A DNA stretch of 64,000 nucleotides, taken from contig CM035359.1 of assembly GCA_020137815.1 (NCBI GenBank), forward strand, positions 4,588,001 to 4,652,000. Direction: 5' to 3'. A program made the translations under genes and the position numbers. This DNA is from Hormiphora californensis. Lineage: Eukaryota > Animalia > Ctenophora. The stretch's first letter is position 1, and each line of letters starts with the position of its first letter. The notes below the pieces were generated by a model. It saw only the letters and a program-made list of their open reading frames with translations. It was not told the DNA's origin and did no database searches. Shown here one piece after another: positions 39,590 to 52,286 of the stretch.

Positions 39590-39950
39590 TCTTTTATTGA
39601 TGTCAAATAGTCATTGATTTTAACCAATATGTCACTTTGATATTTTCAAATCAATCATTTCTTTATTATGGAGAGAATTTTTGTCTCCCTCAAATCAGTT
39701 TCTTCATCTCACGACACTTTTTTCACGGCATTATTTCATTCTAAATTGCACGGGAAAGAGCACTTAGTGAGATTGATGTGTTGTCAAGCTTGAAACTTCA
39801 AAATGGCTTCGAAATGTTTTATTGTAAATTACACGTCTTGATGCTTGTAAGGCACTATTACTATTTATATATAGTTCCCGTTCTTCATTTAGTGAACTTC
39901 TAATTCTTCCATATTGCATTTCGGTCAGTTTTTTACCCTTGCCCAGCCGC
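39590..39950 (-). pseudogene. Decayed Tc1/Tc3-like transposase N-terminal (paired-like HTH) fragment
   Basis: LGKGKKLTEMQYGRI.....SRRVIYN resembles Tc3-type N-termini; frameshifts and stops follow. Confidence 0.4.
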
Positions 39951-42900
39951 CTAAGCAAGTACGACACCTTGCTCGAATTGTAACTTTTCAATATATCGAA
40001 TCCTTTCTAGTATTTATTAGATCGATCAGGTGATATGTCTCAAATCGATGCTTCAGATCATACCAGAGACTAATCGGATATATCTGCAGGCACTATATGT
40101 ACATATAATCGAGTTCTAGATACCAATTAACTAGCAATTATCGCGCTCATCGTTTATCCGTGTTGATTTGAATCTTGAGATAGGTTCAGTCTAGCAATTT
40201 GGTTTAAATTGGTTGTCTTGTCCCATATACGGTGCCATTAAAACGAGGTTTAGATTACCTTCGTCAAATATTCAATATCATGGTTGCTATACCACGACTG
40301 ATAAACGCAATAACGTGTGTATCGCCGCGTATATTGGCCACGTTGTTTCATATTACACACATGCGCATTACGTGTATCTATTATTCTACATGGGCCGCAG
40401 TTTTTAACACTTTCAAATCAATCCGGTTTGGTCAGAAAACAAAGATTCGATTTTAACCGCCTTTCAAAAGACAGAGCAATTCTGTGAAAAAAACCCCGTT
40501 TGTTTGGTGGGGGGGGGGCAGGGGTTTGATTTTATGCTTTTAATATTTAGTTTGGGGCGCTTCTGTTTTATGATAGGGTGATGTTGCAAAAAAACGGTTT
40601 TAAAAAAGGGGTTTTTTTGCCAGGTTTTTGATTTACGAATGCTATAGTAGAGTGCGATTGATTATGTATGATAATATTTGGCAACGTTTGTCTTTTTGCG
40701 TCATTTATGCAAAGAAGTGAGAAAGAGAAGAATTGCAATTCTTTCTTTTTACTTAAATTTGGGGGCTTTAAAATGCCGACGTGAAAGGAATTTGGGGCTT
40801 CTTGTATTTTTTCGTATACGGTTTTGTAAGGACTTTGCAACTTGGCAAGGATTAAAACCAGGAATTTGAAAGATAAATTTGCCAAGCTCCCTCTTTTTTC
40901 TCTCTTTCTGCGCTTCTCCCTTCTCTCTCTCTATCGCTTTCCTCCATCTTCCCTTACTCTTCCCTATTCCCCCTCTTTTCCTCTCTCTCTCTCTCTCTCC
41001 CCTTCCCTCAAAACCAAAAAATCACTCCTCGCCCCTAACCGTTTCCTTTTCGATGTTTCGCCCCAAGACCCTCACTTATGTAGCTATTTTACCCCCAAAA
41101 TCACACGCAGGGTAGCAGCAGTTTGTCTAGATCGTGTACCAGAGCTGTTGATATTCATTTTCCTACTGGTTTCTTCTCTTTTTCGGTGAAATTTTGAATG
41201 TTTGAAATCTATTAAAATCGGCTGATGGAATTACGAAATGCGATATAAAAGCTTACTGCAGCGGCAGCTTGGGGCAATTAGTTAAAATATGTCCACGATC
41301 GACCCCGATTTTTTTTCTATGATCTCGTTTCGTCTCCCCCCTTTTTCCCTTGCCCAATCATTTTTCAGATAACTACTTTTATATTTTTAGGTCCACAGAT
41401 TTTGTTATTGTCCCCGTTTTGAAATGAATGTTTTTTAAATAGGGCATTTTAAAGGGAGGAAAAGAGAGGGGGGGAGGAGGAAGAGGGGGAGCGGGGTGGG
41501 GTGAGGAGAAAAGGAAAATTTCCCTTTATAGAGATATAGGGACTAGGTGCAGCAGGAATCAGTAAGCGTGCCATTGGTGACACTAAAATCAACAAAGTAT
41601 CTGCCAAGTACTTCCGGTGCAGGAAGGGTACCAATCCTGCATGCAGTTGTAGGAGTTGAGAGAGAGAGAGAGAGCGAGAGAGAGAGCGGGGGAGAGGAGA
41701 AAAGAAGGGGGAGAGGGGGAGGAGAGAGAGAGGAGGGGGAGAGAGGGGGGAGAGAGGGGAGAGAGAAAAGGGGGGGGAAGGGGGGGAGAGAGAGGGGTGG
41801 GGAGGAGGGGGAGAGGGGAATTACTACAGTAGATAGGGAGCTGGGAGCTTTCCAAAATGTTTAATTTGGGTTTTAGAGTTTAGATGTTAAACGGATCTCA
41901 TGTTTAATATAATTCAGTTATTGGGGTTTTAAAAAGGGCGTGCCTGACCGTAAGGTTTAGGGCTGCGGCTTTTTCCCTTTAGCCTTTAATCTCAGGTTCA
42001 GAGGAAAAAAAAGCCCTGGCCTGAACCTGAAAGGTTTGGACGGGAAAGTTTTTCCCCAGGGCCTCAAATGGGGATCTCAAGATTTATGACGGGAGATTTA
42101 GTGGAATTAAAAAACACACTTTAGTTTAAACCTGGGGAGCTAGTTCCATTTTCTTTCCCCATTTTTGGGCCAGAAAATTTAAAGTTGAAAAAAAACGTTT
42201 TTAAACGAGGATTTGTTTATTTTGTTGGGAAAAAAATAGCTTTTCCCCTGTCATGCGGGGGAAAAGGGAAAATAAAACGAGATGGTATGCCCGGGAAATG
42301 ATGGGAAAAAGATGGGTTTTATCTTCTTTACTTTTTTTTAAAATTTTCCCCCCCCGGGCTCCCCTCCTTTTTGGCCAAATAAGGGGCCCCAGAATTTTTT
42401 AGTTAGTGCCCTTTATTAAGCGGGATTAGGGGAAAGGAGAGAGAGGGGGGCGAGAAAAGGGAAAAAAAGAAGAGAAGGAGAGGGGGAGAGAGAAGAGAGA
42501 GGAGAGAAAAGGGAAAAGGAGAGAGAGAGAGAGAGAGAGAAGAGAAGAGAGGAAGAAGAGAGGGGGAACAGAGAGGGAGGAGAGAGAAAGAGAAAAAAAA
42601 GAAAAAAAAACAAAAGACCCCCTCCACCCAACGGATTTTCCCCCACCCGGGCCCCCCAAAAATAATTTTCCCCAAACAAAACCCAAGGGAAACCAAACCA
42701 AAAAAAAAAAAAAAAAAAAAAAAGGGGGAAGGGGGGGGGGGGGGGGAAATAAAACCCCAAAAAGGGGAAAAACCCGGGGGGGGGGGAAAAGGGGAAAAAA
42801 AACCCCCGGGAAAAAAACGGGCCCTTTTGGGTTTTTTAAAAGGGGAAAAATTTTCATAAAAAAAAAAATTTAAAGGGGGGAATTTTTTAAAAGGGGGGGG

Positions 42901-43486
42901 GAAAAAAGACCTTTAAGGGGGGGGTTATCTTTTTTGATTTTAAATTTAAAAATTTTAAATTAAAAAATAAAAAAAAGGGGTTTTTTTTAAAAAAAAACCC
43001 CCCCCTTTAAATTTTTTTAATTAGGAAAAAATTTTTTTTAAATTTCTGCCCATGGGCCACCCCCCCTTCCTCCCCCCCTTTTCTTTCCCCCCTTTTTCTT
43101 TTCCTCCCCCTTTTACCCCTTTATTTTTCTTTTGGGTTTTTTTTTTTTGGGGATTAAAAATGGAAAATTCCACCCTCCCTTCCCCTTTTTCCTTTTTTTT
43201 TTTCCCCCCCTTATTGGGGGTTTTTTTTTGTTAAAGTTTAACTTTTTTGATGTTTTTTATTTTTTTTGGGGCCCTTTGTTTGGTTGTTTTTGGGTTTTAA
43301 TTTTTGGGAATTTTTAATTTGTTTTGGGGTTTTTTGGGAAAAAGTTTTTTTAAGTTGTTGTTTTTTTGCCTTTTTTTTGGAATTTGTTTTTTTTGGGCGT
43401 TCTAATTTTTTGAGTGAACAGGTGCCCCCGGGGAAAGGGGGAAACCTTTTTGGGTAAAGGTCCAAATGAGGCACGAAAATTTCCAG

Positions 43487-43615
43487 CAGGAACCGACCGG
43501 ACCAAGTAAACAACCAATCAGAGCTCGTTATTTAGGTCACGTGACTGGTTATCAGCCAATCTTCTTCTTCTTCAGCCAATCAGGGACCAGTATTTCCTGA
43601 TTCGGTCGGTTCGTG
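43487..43615. mobile_element. CAGGAACCGACC MITE copy ~230 bp upstream of the kringle-LamG ATG
   Basis: TSD atttccag/ctttccag (7/8); small internal (CTT)n insertion. Confidence 0.85.
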
Positions 43616-43844
43616 CTTTCCAGTTTCTGTGTTAGATTAATAAAACGACGCCTTTATATCACTGGTTCTCTATTAGATATTTGTAAACTCTTTTGCAGTT
43701 GTTTTTCATTGAGGGAGATACTAATATCATATCCTAACATCCTAATATCCTAACATCCTCTACTATTTCCCTACCAGCCTGTAGTGCCATGAATGAAAGA
43801 ACTCTTGCTGTGAAATAAAATGCCAAAGATGAGACAAGATATTA

Positions 43845-46800
43845 ATGAAGGGTAATATGGAATTGAGAATCTTACTTCTACTAAGTGAGTATTGTGTATA
43901 TATGTATTAAAACATTAACAATTTTCCCGCCATTTTTGAGAATTCCCGCCATTTTTTGATAACCCCGGCGGCCCGGCCCCCATCCTTTTTACACACCCTG
44001 CACTCTCCCTCAGTGTCATTAATGAGTGTTACCTGTTCTAACCCGGGCTATAAGCGGGCTGGTGAGTGTTACGTGTCGATCGGATACAACATTGATTACC
44101 AGGGCACAGAAAACCGAACATCAACGGGTGCTTACTGCGTCAACTGGAAGGATACGACGTGGAATGTTAACAATTGTAAGTGTTTCTCGTTTTTCAATAT
44201 CCATGGCAGCCCTGTGACCTTTGTGTATCACTATCATTCAAAACGGGCGGAGTCTGTCAGGCGCCGCCATATATAGCCCGATTTCGGGACAATATATCGT
44301 TTAATATCTACAGCTTTTCCCCGACTGCATCCCTCTCGAGTGACGCGGCTCTCTAGCCCCCTTTCTTTCAGTTGATGGCAGTCTGAGTAACAACTACTGT
44401 CGCAACCCAGATAAGGATAAAGCAGGTCCGTGGTGTATCACGCAGCAAGGGAACAGAGAAACATGTAACATTCCTAAATGTGGTAAGAAACCTAAAACAG
44501 TAGAAGAATTCTTATCGTCAATTTTTGAGTTGTACTTTATATATACTTGGATTCGGATCTTTTAATATCAGCTTTACAATACCAGGCCCCTGTTATATGT
44601 GTGCCATTTCAATTTGGCGTCTTGGCTCCTATCCTTAACAAGAAATTATTGCTCTCGCCAATCTTGTTAAACAAGTGTGGTATATGCCCCTTGGCCTTGA
44701 AATTATTAACACTCATTATTCGTCGAATATGGGTGTCCTATACAGTCTTCTGGGGGGACAAACAGTTATATGTTATATCCATATAATTAGTGTCTATAAT
44801 TATTCACCGAGTGTGTGTAACACCTTGAATTTCAGCTGCCTCCGCGATGTTTGATGGACGAGGAAATATTGAGCATTATTTTAACCATAACACGACAGAA
44901 AAGGACAACATTTCTTTCGTTTTCTACACTAATGAGTAAGTTGATTTCACTAAAAGATCTTACAAGTTACCAAGTTGAATATGAAATCATTTCAGAAATT
45001 TGCCTGGCTAGACTGTGTTTTGTTGTCACAAATGTAAAGGGAGGGTTAGAACATAGCAATCAGAAATGAGGCTTCATAAAAATCCTAACCGTTTTTTCAA
45101 CTTCAGGAAAGATTTGGATGATGCAACAATTTTAACGGTTCAGTCATGGGAATCGGGCAGTAGACTGGACATAAAGTTGGGTCGCGGAGGAGCCAAGGGC
45201 GAAGATACAGACGCCATCCTTTTAGAGGTAAACTTGATTTTTGAAAGAAAAGAATAAAAATCTTCGAAATTATTTCACTATCGACATAATATATAATTTC
45301 GAAATAATTATCGACATGTATTTTGTTCAGTGGAGGTTCCAAAGAAACAAGCTGCCTGTCAGAATGACTTCAACGCCAAACCTTGCATCGGGCCGACAAA
45401 TCCGAGTAGATATTGTCCGAGACAGGCGGAATTTGACAATGACCGTCGATGGAACGCAACATCTTACGGTTATCGATGAAGAATACTCGGAGACGGGAAT
45501 GTTCCGATTACCTGGTGAGTGCTAGCAGTTGTGTTTATGAAGGAGTAAATATGTGTTTATGAAGGAGTAGTTCTGTGCTTACGAAGGAGTAGTTCTGCGT
45601 TTATAAAGGAGTAGTTCTGTGTTTATATAGAGGAATAATTTCATAATCAGAGGAGTTACTTTTTAGTAGTTTAGTTTCCTTATGAGAGTCGTCAAATTGT
45701 CAATTATCAATTTATTAATTTCATGGGAACTAATACCAACCCCAATTCCAGGAATTATCTACATTGGCAAGTCGCCTTTTAACAAGGGAGGGTTTGTCGG
45801 TTGTATAGCCGATGTCACCTACAACAATATTCGGACTCTCGACATTGCCATGGGAGTTGGTAAGTTATTGATCCTACACTATATCAGGGCATTGAGGGAG
45901 AGCGTCGTGCCTTAACCTCAAATTCATGCCACGGCCATTTTCCACTGAGACCTGAGGCAGTGACGGCTTTTCCCTTAAATCTCAGGCAATAGCCGTCACT
46001 GAAACCTGAGCTGAGATGGCAGGTCTCAGTGGAAAGCAGCCGTGGCCTGAACCTGAGATTCAGGCACGACTGTTTTCCCCTAATGGCCTGACAGATCCTG
46101 CATGGGTCCGACCTATAATGTCATAGGAAACCGAATATATATGTTCGATACAGAAGGTGACTCGACTGTTAAATACTTCTGTCAGGCCAATGTTCTGACC
46201 ACAGTTCTCTTCTTATTTGAAGAAATGAGAATAGGGTCAGGTCAATGCTATGACAGTCATATATTAGACACCAAACTTGAATTTCTTTTCCCTATTTTGA
46301 TCACCTTCTCTCTCTAAGGTGATGAGAAAAAGGGCGAGGGAGACAGATTACAGATCAGTAGAGGGGTTTACGAGGGTTGCCTGCTAGTCGCCCCCAACAC
46401 CTGGGTCTCCCCTGAATACCCACCCACCCAGAGTACCAACGAGTACGAAGAAATGGTTAGTGTAGATCTCTGGACCTAATCAGGAAATACTGGTCCCTGA
46501 TTGGCTGATAACCAGTCACGTTACCTAAATTTTACTTGTGTCGGTCGGTTCCTGTGAAGATCTCTGATCATGTGGAGATTTTTGGTAGCACCCATCTCTT
46601 CTGTGATCACAGAAGAGATGGGCTCTAGCTGAAACACATGGGAGGGATCGCTCTTTGATATAAGCTAAGCTGTCTAATTGGGGGAAAACAGTCGTACCTG
46701 AATCTCAGCTGTTCAGGTCACGGCTATTTACCCCTATAACAGGTTAAGCCCACATATTTCCTATCCTTGTAACACCGGGACACTTTTCAGGAAATGGTGG

Positions 46801-46913
46801 TAGAATCTAGGGTAGCGGAAAACGACACCTATAACGGTTCAACGACCTCCCATCGAATATCACTCCCCTGCATTTTCACCATCCTAATCGCCGCCTTTTT
46901 AGCCAATCAGTGA
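43845..46913 (+). CDS. Secreted, probably GPI-anchored kringle + laminin-G (LNS) domain protein, ~361 aa
   Basis: Exons 43845-43884, 44014-44175, 44372-44482, 44836-44935, 45107-45227, 45331-45514, 45752-45859, 46319-46455, 46791-46913; all GT-AG, total 1086 nt in frame. N-terminus MKGNMELRILLLLMSLMSVTCS (signal-like; alternative ATG at 43857). Kringle: CY..G..YQG....T..G..C..W / NYCRNPD...GPWC...CNIPKC. LamG: FDG.G.I...ISFVFYT, VDIVRDRRNLTMTVDG, IYIGK...FVGCIADVTYN. Tail NGSTTSHRISLPCIFTILIAAFLANQ*. Confidence 0.9.
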
Positions 46914-47333
46914 GAGAAAAGGAGAGAGACTGTGTGTTTTAAAATTGGTGCTGCCACAAGAGATTTTCTAATTTCTATTATAGCGCCGACTTTTTATTCT
47001 AGTTGATAATATATGACCGAGAGAGAAAGAGAGCTATTGATTGTACGTGTGTTAGTTTGTGTGTTAGTTTTTGTGTAAGTCTCTGCGGCTGCGGCAGTAG
47101 TAGGTATACAAGCAAGATTGAGCTGTCTGGTGCCGCGACCCTGACTCGGAACACAATGTCGGGGCGCCGCCAGACAGAGATTGAGCAAGATTGCATTTTT
47201 AGATTTTTGACCTGATCAAGCTGTCCTAGAATGTTCAAACAAGTTAGCCATTAGGACTAGTTTTTTTCTTAAAATTGTTGCACTATCAACTATATTAAAT
47301 TTATTGGCGATTAGCGAAAGGTCATTTCCTATT

Positions 47334-47387
47334 GGGGAAAAATAGTCGTGACCTGAACCTAAGGTTCAGTCACGACTGTTTTCCACC
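47334..47387. mobile_element. Tiny palindromic MITE (GGGGAAAACAGTCGTG TIR, 3-bp TSD; Harbinger/Tourist-like)
   Basis: att|ggggaaaaatagtcgtg...cacgactgttttccacc|att. Relatives at ~1865-1918, ~4572-4665, ~35216-35247, ~45910-46080, ~46680-46733. Confidence 0.7.
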
Positions 47388-47520
47388 ATTGGCTGATAAT
47401 TAGGTATATTTGTGAAGTAGCTTTTTACCGGTTTGCATGGAACCGAAAAATGGAGAACTGTATGTGTCAATCAAACAATGAGATTTTCAATGTGTGTGTA
47501 TGTTATATGTGCGTGTGTGA

Positions 47521-47629
47521 GAGGAACCGACCGAATCAGGAAATACTGGTCCCTGATTGGCTGATAACCAGTCACGTGACCTAAATAACGAGTTCTGATT
47601 GGTTGTTTACTTGTGTCGGTCGGTTCCTG
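47521..47629. mobile_element. CAGGAACCGACC MITE copy (opposite orientation)
   Basis: Reverse complement of the family consensus. Confidence 0.85.
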
Positions 47630-48428
47630 ATCTTATTTGTACTATCCTACGTAGTCATTGAAAGGACTATGCAGTCATTAGCCACCAAAAGTAGTAGCTA
47701 CACTTTTGGTCTAGGTAACACACTTGTTGAGGGGAAGATCGGAGTCGGAGAAGAGCTTTGTTTAGATATGTCATTATGTCACACCATGGGCATTGGGCAA
47801 TTGGGATCGAGATTCGAGAAGGAGTAAAATGGATAGATAGAGAGATAGAGAGAGGGAGAGATAGAGGGATAGAGAGATAGAGAGAGATATTGGGAGAGTG
47901 TCAGATCTCAGATTGGGAGAACTTGTGAACATTGAACCAGAAGTACGAGGGAGAGCTTCAACCTTCATATATTGGCTCAAAATCGGTGTAGTGCAGAGAG
48001 TGTGATAATACAACGACTGTCCCCCCACCAACTAGAGTTTTTTATTTGTTATGAAATTTGTAATGAAAAGACTTTTAAACAAGTTACAAAGACACAAAGT
48101 ATTGGTTTTATTTTTAGTCTCAATCAAACTATCTGGTGGCGCCAGACCCCGGTAATTTGATTCTTAAATTGACAGTGCGCTCAAATGGGGTCTGCGGTGC
48201 CAGACAGACATTGTCAGTATTATGTGGATCAAAGTAGAAAATTTTCTTAGAGATTAGGTGGGTATAAATGAGAAAGTTTCTGAGGCGGGAGACACACTGA
48301 AGTTCGAAGTTTCGGCTGAGAAATCATTTGTAAGATGCATGGCAAGATTTTGATGAAGTCACGCAGATCACTGATCAAGCTTGATCATCTGATCAAGCTT
48401 GGACAGTAAAAACTGAAACTTATTCATA

Positions 48429-49058
48429 GAGGGATATCATACGACTCTTACTTAAGTTAGCAGGTGCTGACTAATTTCGCAATCGCTTACTGGAGTAAGC
48501 GACAGGTGCTGACTGTTTTCCAAAATAACTCTTATTTTCTTGTAAGAGTTATCAAGAGTAAGAGAATGGTGATTCCATTCTCTTGTGTGGTAAGCGCCGC
48601 TACTTAGCGACGTATAAACTCTTAAAACTCTTAACTGACCGGGGATTACAGCATCTGGTCACGTGAAAGGTCACGTGATAAGTCCTAGTGCACAGGGATA
48701 GCCTGTGACTGCGTACATGTGATCGATAACAGCCAATCAGAATGCAGCTAGTGAGTGAGAGAGAGCAAGATAGTAACGCGCGGCGCCCTGGCACGTGCGG
48801 TTTGGGCGCTGGCAGGCTTTTACATGTTGCAACATGTAAAAGCCTGTCAGCGCCCAAACCGCACGTGCCAATGCGCCGCGCGAGATAATCTCTCTCAAGG
48901 GGGCACCCTGTCTCTCACTTTCTCTCCCCAATTCTTTTCCCTGTTGCTCACTAAGAATAAGAGTTTTGAGAAATTACTCAGCACTGTCGCTTAAAAGAGT
49001 TATGCTGTCTGTTTTCTCGATTGTCGCTAACTGCAGTAAGAGTCGTATGATTTCCCTC
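48429..49058. mobile_element. TIR element (3-bp ATA flanks) with an internal 106-bp palindrome
   Basis: gagggatatcatacgactcttact / agtaagagtcgtatgatttccctc; palindrome at 48777-48882. Confidence 0.7.
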
Positions 49059-49229
49059 ATATCAAAGCGAAAACCACTGTACATGGCTAACTTTAATACT
49101 CTGAATCACGTAATCAACTTTTCCAATCTGTCTGAGATCGGGAAAGTGTTCTTATTGGGCATAATTGGGTCTAATTGACCCCACTTAAAACTTGTCGCCA
49201 ATTTGGCCAATTGATTAATTAACCTACTA

Positions 49230-49843
49230 GGGTAAACCGGGGCAAAATGGTTAACTTTTTACTTAATCGGTTCTCACTCCCATTTAAAAAAGATACAATG
49301 AAAAAAATTATATAGGATTAAAGTTCATTATTTTATCTTTCAAATAAGATAAATTTCAACTCTAGGGACCATCATTTACTTAACTAAATAACTAATTTAA
49401 AAATTTTGGTCGGAAAAAATGGTACCGGGGCAATTCGGACAACACCAATAGGAGTGCTTTATTTCGTCACGTGGGAGTCATGTGAACGTCCTCACAACAC
49501 CAGAAGAAGATTCCCGCCTGGTGTTGTTAGAGGTGGGGGCAATTCGAACAATGTAATCTACACGCAATCTACACGCTGGTCGTTCTTGTTCGAATTGCCC
49601 CAGTATCACGCGTGATCACGTGGTACAAAGAACTGCACATCATTGGCCCGGGTGTTAACCAAATTGCCCCGGTTCGAATTGCCCCGGTTTACCCTAAATA
49701 AAACTTTCAGGTTTTAAAATTTAGCTCGTCTGAAAGGAAAACGTTTCATTGGATATCCTATATAATTTTTTCTTCCTGCTGTATAAATTGCGTTTTTAGA
49801 ACCTAAAACGTTAAAAAGTGGACCATTTTACCCCAGTTTACCC
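49230..49843. mobile_element. TIR element (GGGTAAAC...GTTTACCC, TA flanks)
   Basis: gggtaaaccggggcaaaatggttaactttt / aaaagtggaccattttaccccagtttaccc; internal ggggcaattcg repeats. Confidence 0.7.
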
Positions 49844-50091
49844 TAGCATGCGAAGTTGAGGGTAATGTGACGTTATTACACCCCGAAATTAGGAGCTCTT
49901 CTCTATATGCTTTCTAGGTCGACTTCAGTCCTCCAGTCCCTTCTTCAGTCCTCTCTTGGTGATGTCGGTTCGAAGGCAGAGACGGCAGACAGAGACGGTA
50001 TATAAGACATGACACGTTAGAGTTGACACTGGAGATTTTGATTAAAAAAGATAAAAATTTGTTTTAAAACATTAAAAAAAAAATAGTCCAA

Positions 50092-50683
50092 TCATACTTA
50101 CTTACTAAGCAAATTGTGTGACACATGTCACCTAGCAACTACGCTTGCACGTGCAATTATTAGAGGGACCTGGAGAACTCTCTACCGGTTGCAGTTGGAT
50201 ACCAAGGGGAAATTCAATTCTGCACGTGCATTCTTTTACTTCTGTCCTGATGTCTAGCTCTTCCACCCCAAGCGCTATTCGGCAACGTTTATCTAGGCCC
50301 AGGAGAACTGCTGCTGTCAGGGAGCAGGCTAGAGAATATGACAGATTACGCCAACGTGTTCAAGCGAGCCAATCAACGATTACTGATAGCTTTACCCAAC
50401 GTCGCCCAAGGGTGATTACTCCAGTCGAATATAGAAATCTCCAAATCGGCTACATAGCGGCCAATTTTTCACGTAATGAGTTTCTGGAACAGCACTGTAC
50501 CTCCCTGACATTGATCTCTTAAATTCGCACCTTGACATTGTCAGGAAGCCCAGAGCGTACAACAACATGGCTAGGGAGAAAGTGAGAGATAGGCTAGGAA
50601 CGGATGGTGCAGGTGATGTCAGCGTTCCCTAATCCAGCTACCATTTCCCCGAAATTCGCCCGTAGGGCGAACGGGCCTACTAT
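50092..50683 (+). mobile_element. Non-autonomous Helitron copy
   Basis: a|TCATACTTAC start, same body and hairpin; the end reads CTAT. Confidence 0.85.
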
Positions 50684-52286
50684 TTCTTTCAATTACATTT
50701 CTTCAACGTTATACTGGTTTGCGATCGTTTCTTAACTCGATATATCGGGCTCTGGGATCGTCTCCTTCTCCGTACATAGGAGTAAAGGGAGGGTGGGGTC
50801 GCTTGGTACGTGGGATATGCCGGATCATATTCCTCGCTAGGATCCTGTTGGTACGTGGGTGACAGGTACAGCATCACCGGGGGTTCCTATAAAAATAGGT
50901 CGTATAAGGATTACCCAATTGTTTGATATCAAACATCTCCCTCGAATTCCTTCCCTCCTCTTCAAACTCCCCTGCTCTCTTACCGATGTTTTAAAGTCTA
51001 TGTTCTGCAGGAGTCTTGTGCGCCGGTTAAGCCATCAGCATCATTAGTACCATCACTTCCAGGGAGTGTCCTGATTGGTAGGGATTGTCGGGTCGTACTC
51101 GGAGTTGGCCCCTTGGTAGCTCGGCGATATGTATCGCAGCGTTGGGGGTCTTATAAAGAAATAGGTCGTATAAATAAATACCTTCTCCACTCTCCCTCGA
51201 ATTCCTTCCCTCCTCTTCAAACTCCCCTGCTCTCTTACCGGTGTTTTTAGGTCAAGGGTTCGACAGGGGTCACCTGGTTAGTTTGATCCTTGAACCGCTT
51301 GAGGTCCACTTTTCTGGCTTTTAAGCTGGCGAGTCTTATTCTCTCCTATTCAATTAGCATTTTTCAGTTTTTGGAGTGTGATACTGGCATTCGTGCGTTT
51401 CTTCACCCTGTCTGAAGGGCTCGGGGACCGTCTGCGCCTCCGTAAATACATCAACAGAGACGGCCGGGGGATTTAACTAAAATTTTAGCCTCAACCACAA
51501 AAAAAATGATACAAAGGATTTCCACCTCAAACGTACTCCTAAGGGTCCCCTCTATCGATCCCAACCAATGCTCAAATTGAGCAGAGGGTGCAAAGGCCTT
51601 ATTTCCGGGTGGGCGTGGTACCTGTGTTTTCAGCCTGAGGCCAAAACCATAAGTACCCTTAAAATAGGAGTAGAGAAAAAATTGAGGGCACCAAAGTGAT
51701 CAGCGTCCTCGCATTAGTGGGGGTAGGTGCCGGAATTAAGTCTCTATCTCATCTGGTTAATTATATAATTGGACAATTAGGTTGTGGCATCAGCTGATCT
51801 GTCAGCTGATCCACTATGCATGTTTGTCGGTAGTCATGTATGTTTGTCAGTTGGTCAATATCTGAATGTGAGTTTGCTATTTGCTTTCGGCTTGTTTGTC
51901 TGTTGTGTTAATAAACCTGAGTTTATTCATTGTTTCACCGCTACAGTATTGTTAGACACTGCAGTCTGAAGTATTTTGTATTGATCGGATTAGAATGCAT
52001 TGTTCCCGGAGGTGTCAGGAGAAGAAAGGCTGATTATTCTGAAAGAGAAACTTCACACGGGTGTGGTTTGGTCTAGTATGCTGCATATACTGAATTAGAC
52101 AATAGCTGCGTTTGTCTGACAATCATGGTAGCCCGCAGCTAACCAATCAGATGCTCCAGAACATCTACCGATAATTGGAGACAATGGGGAACTACCTACG
52201 CCCTGGATTGGAGACGAAGAACGTGTGAAGGAGAAGACGGGTGTGGTCAGCTGGTACAAGAGGAGAGGACACTTGTCAGTTCCCGG

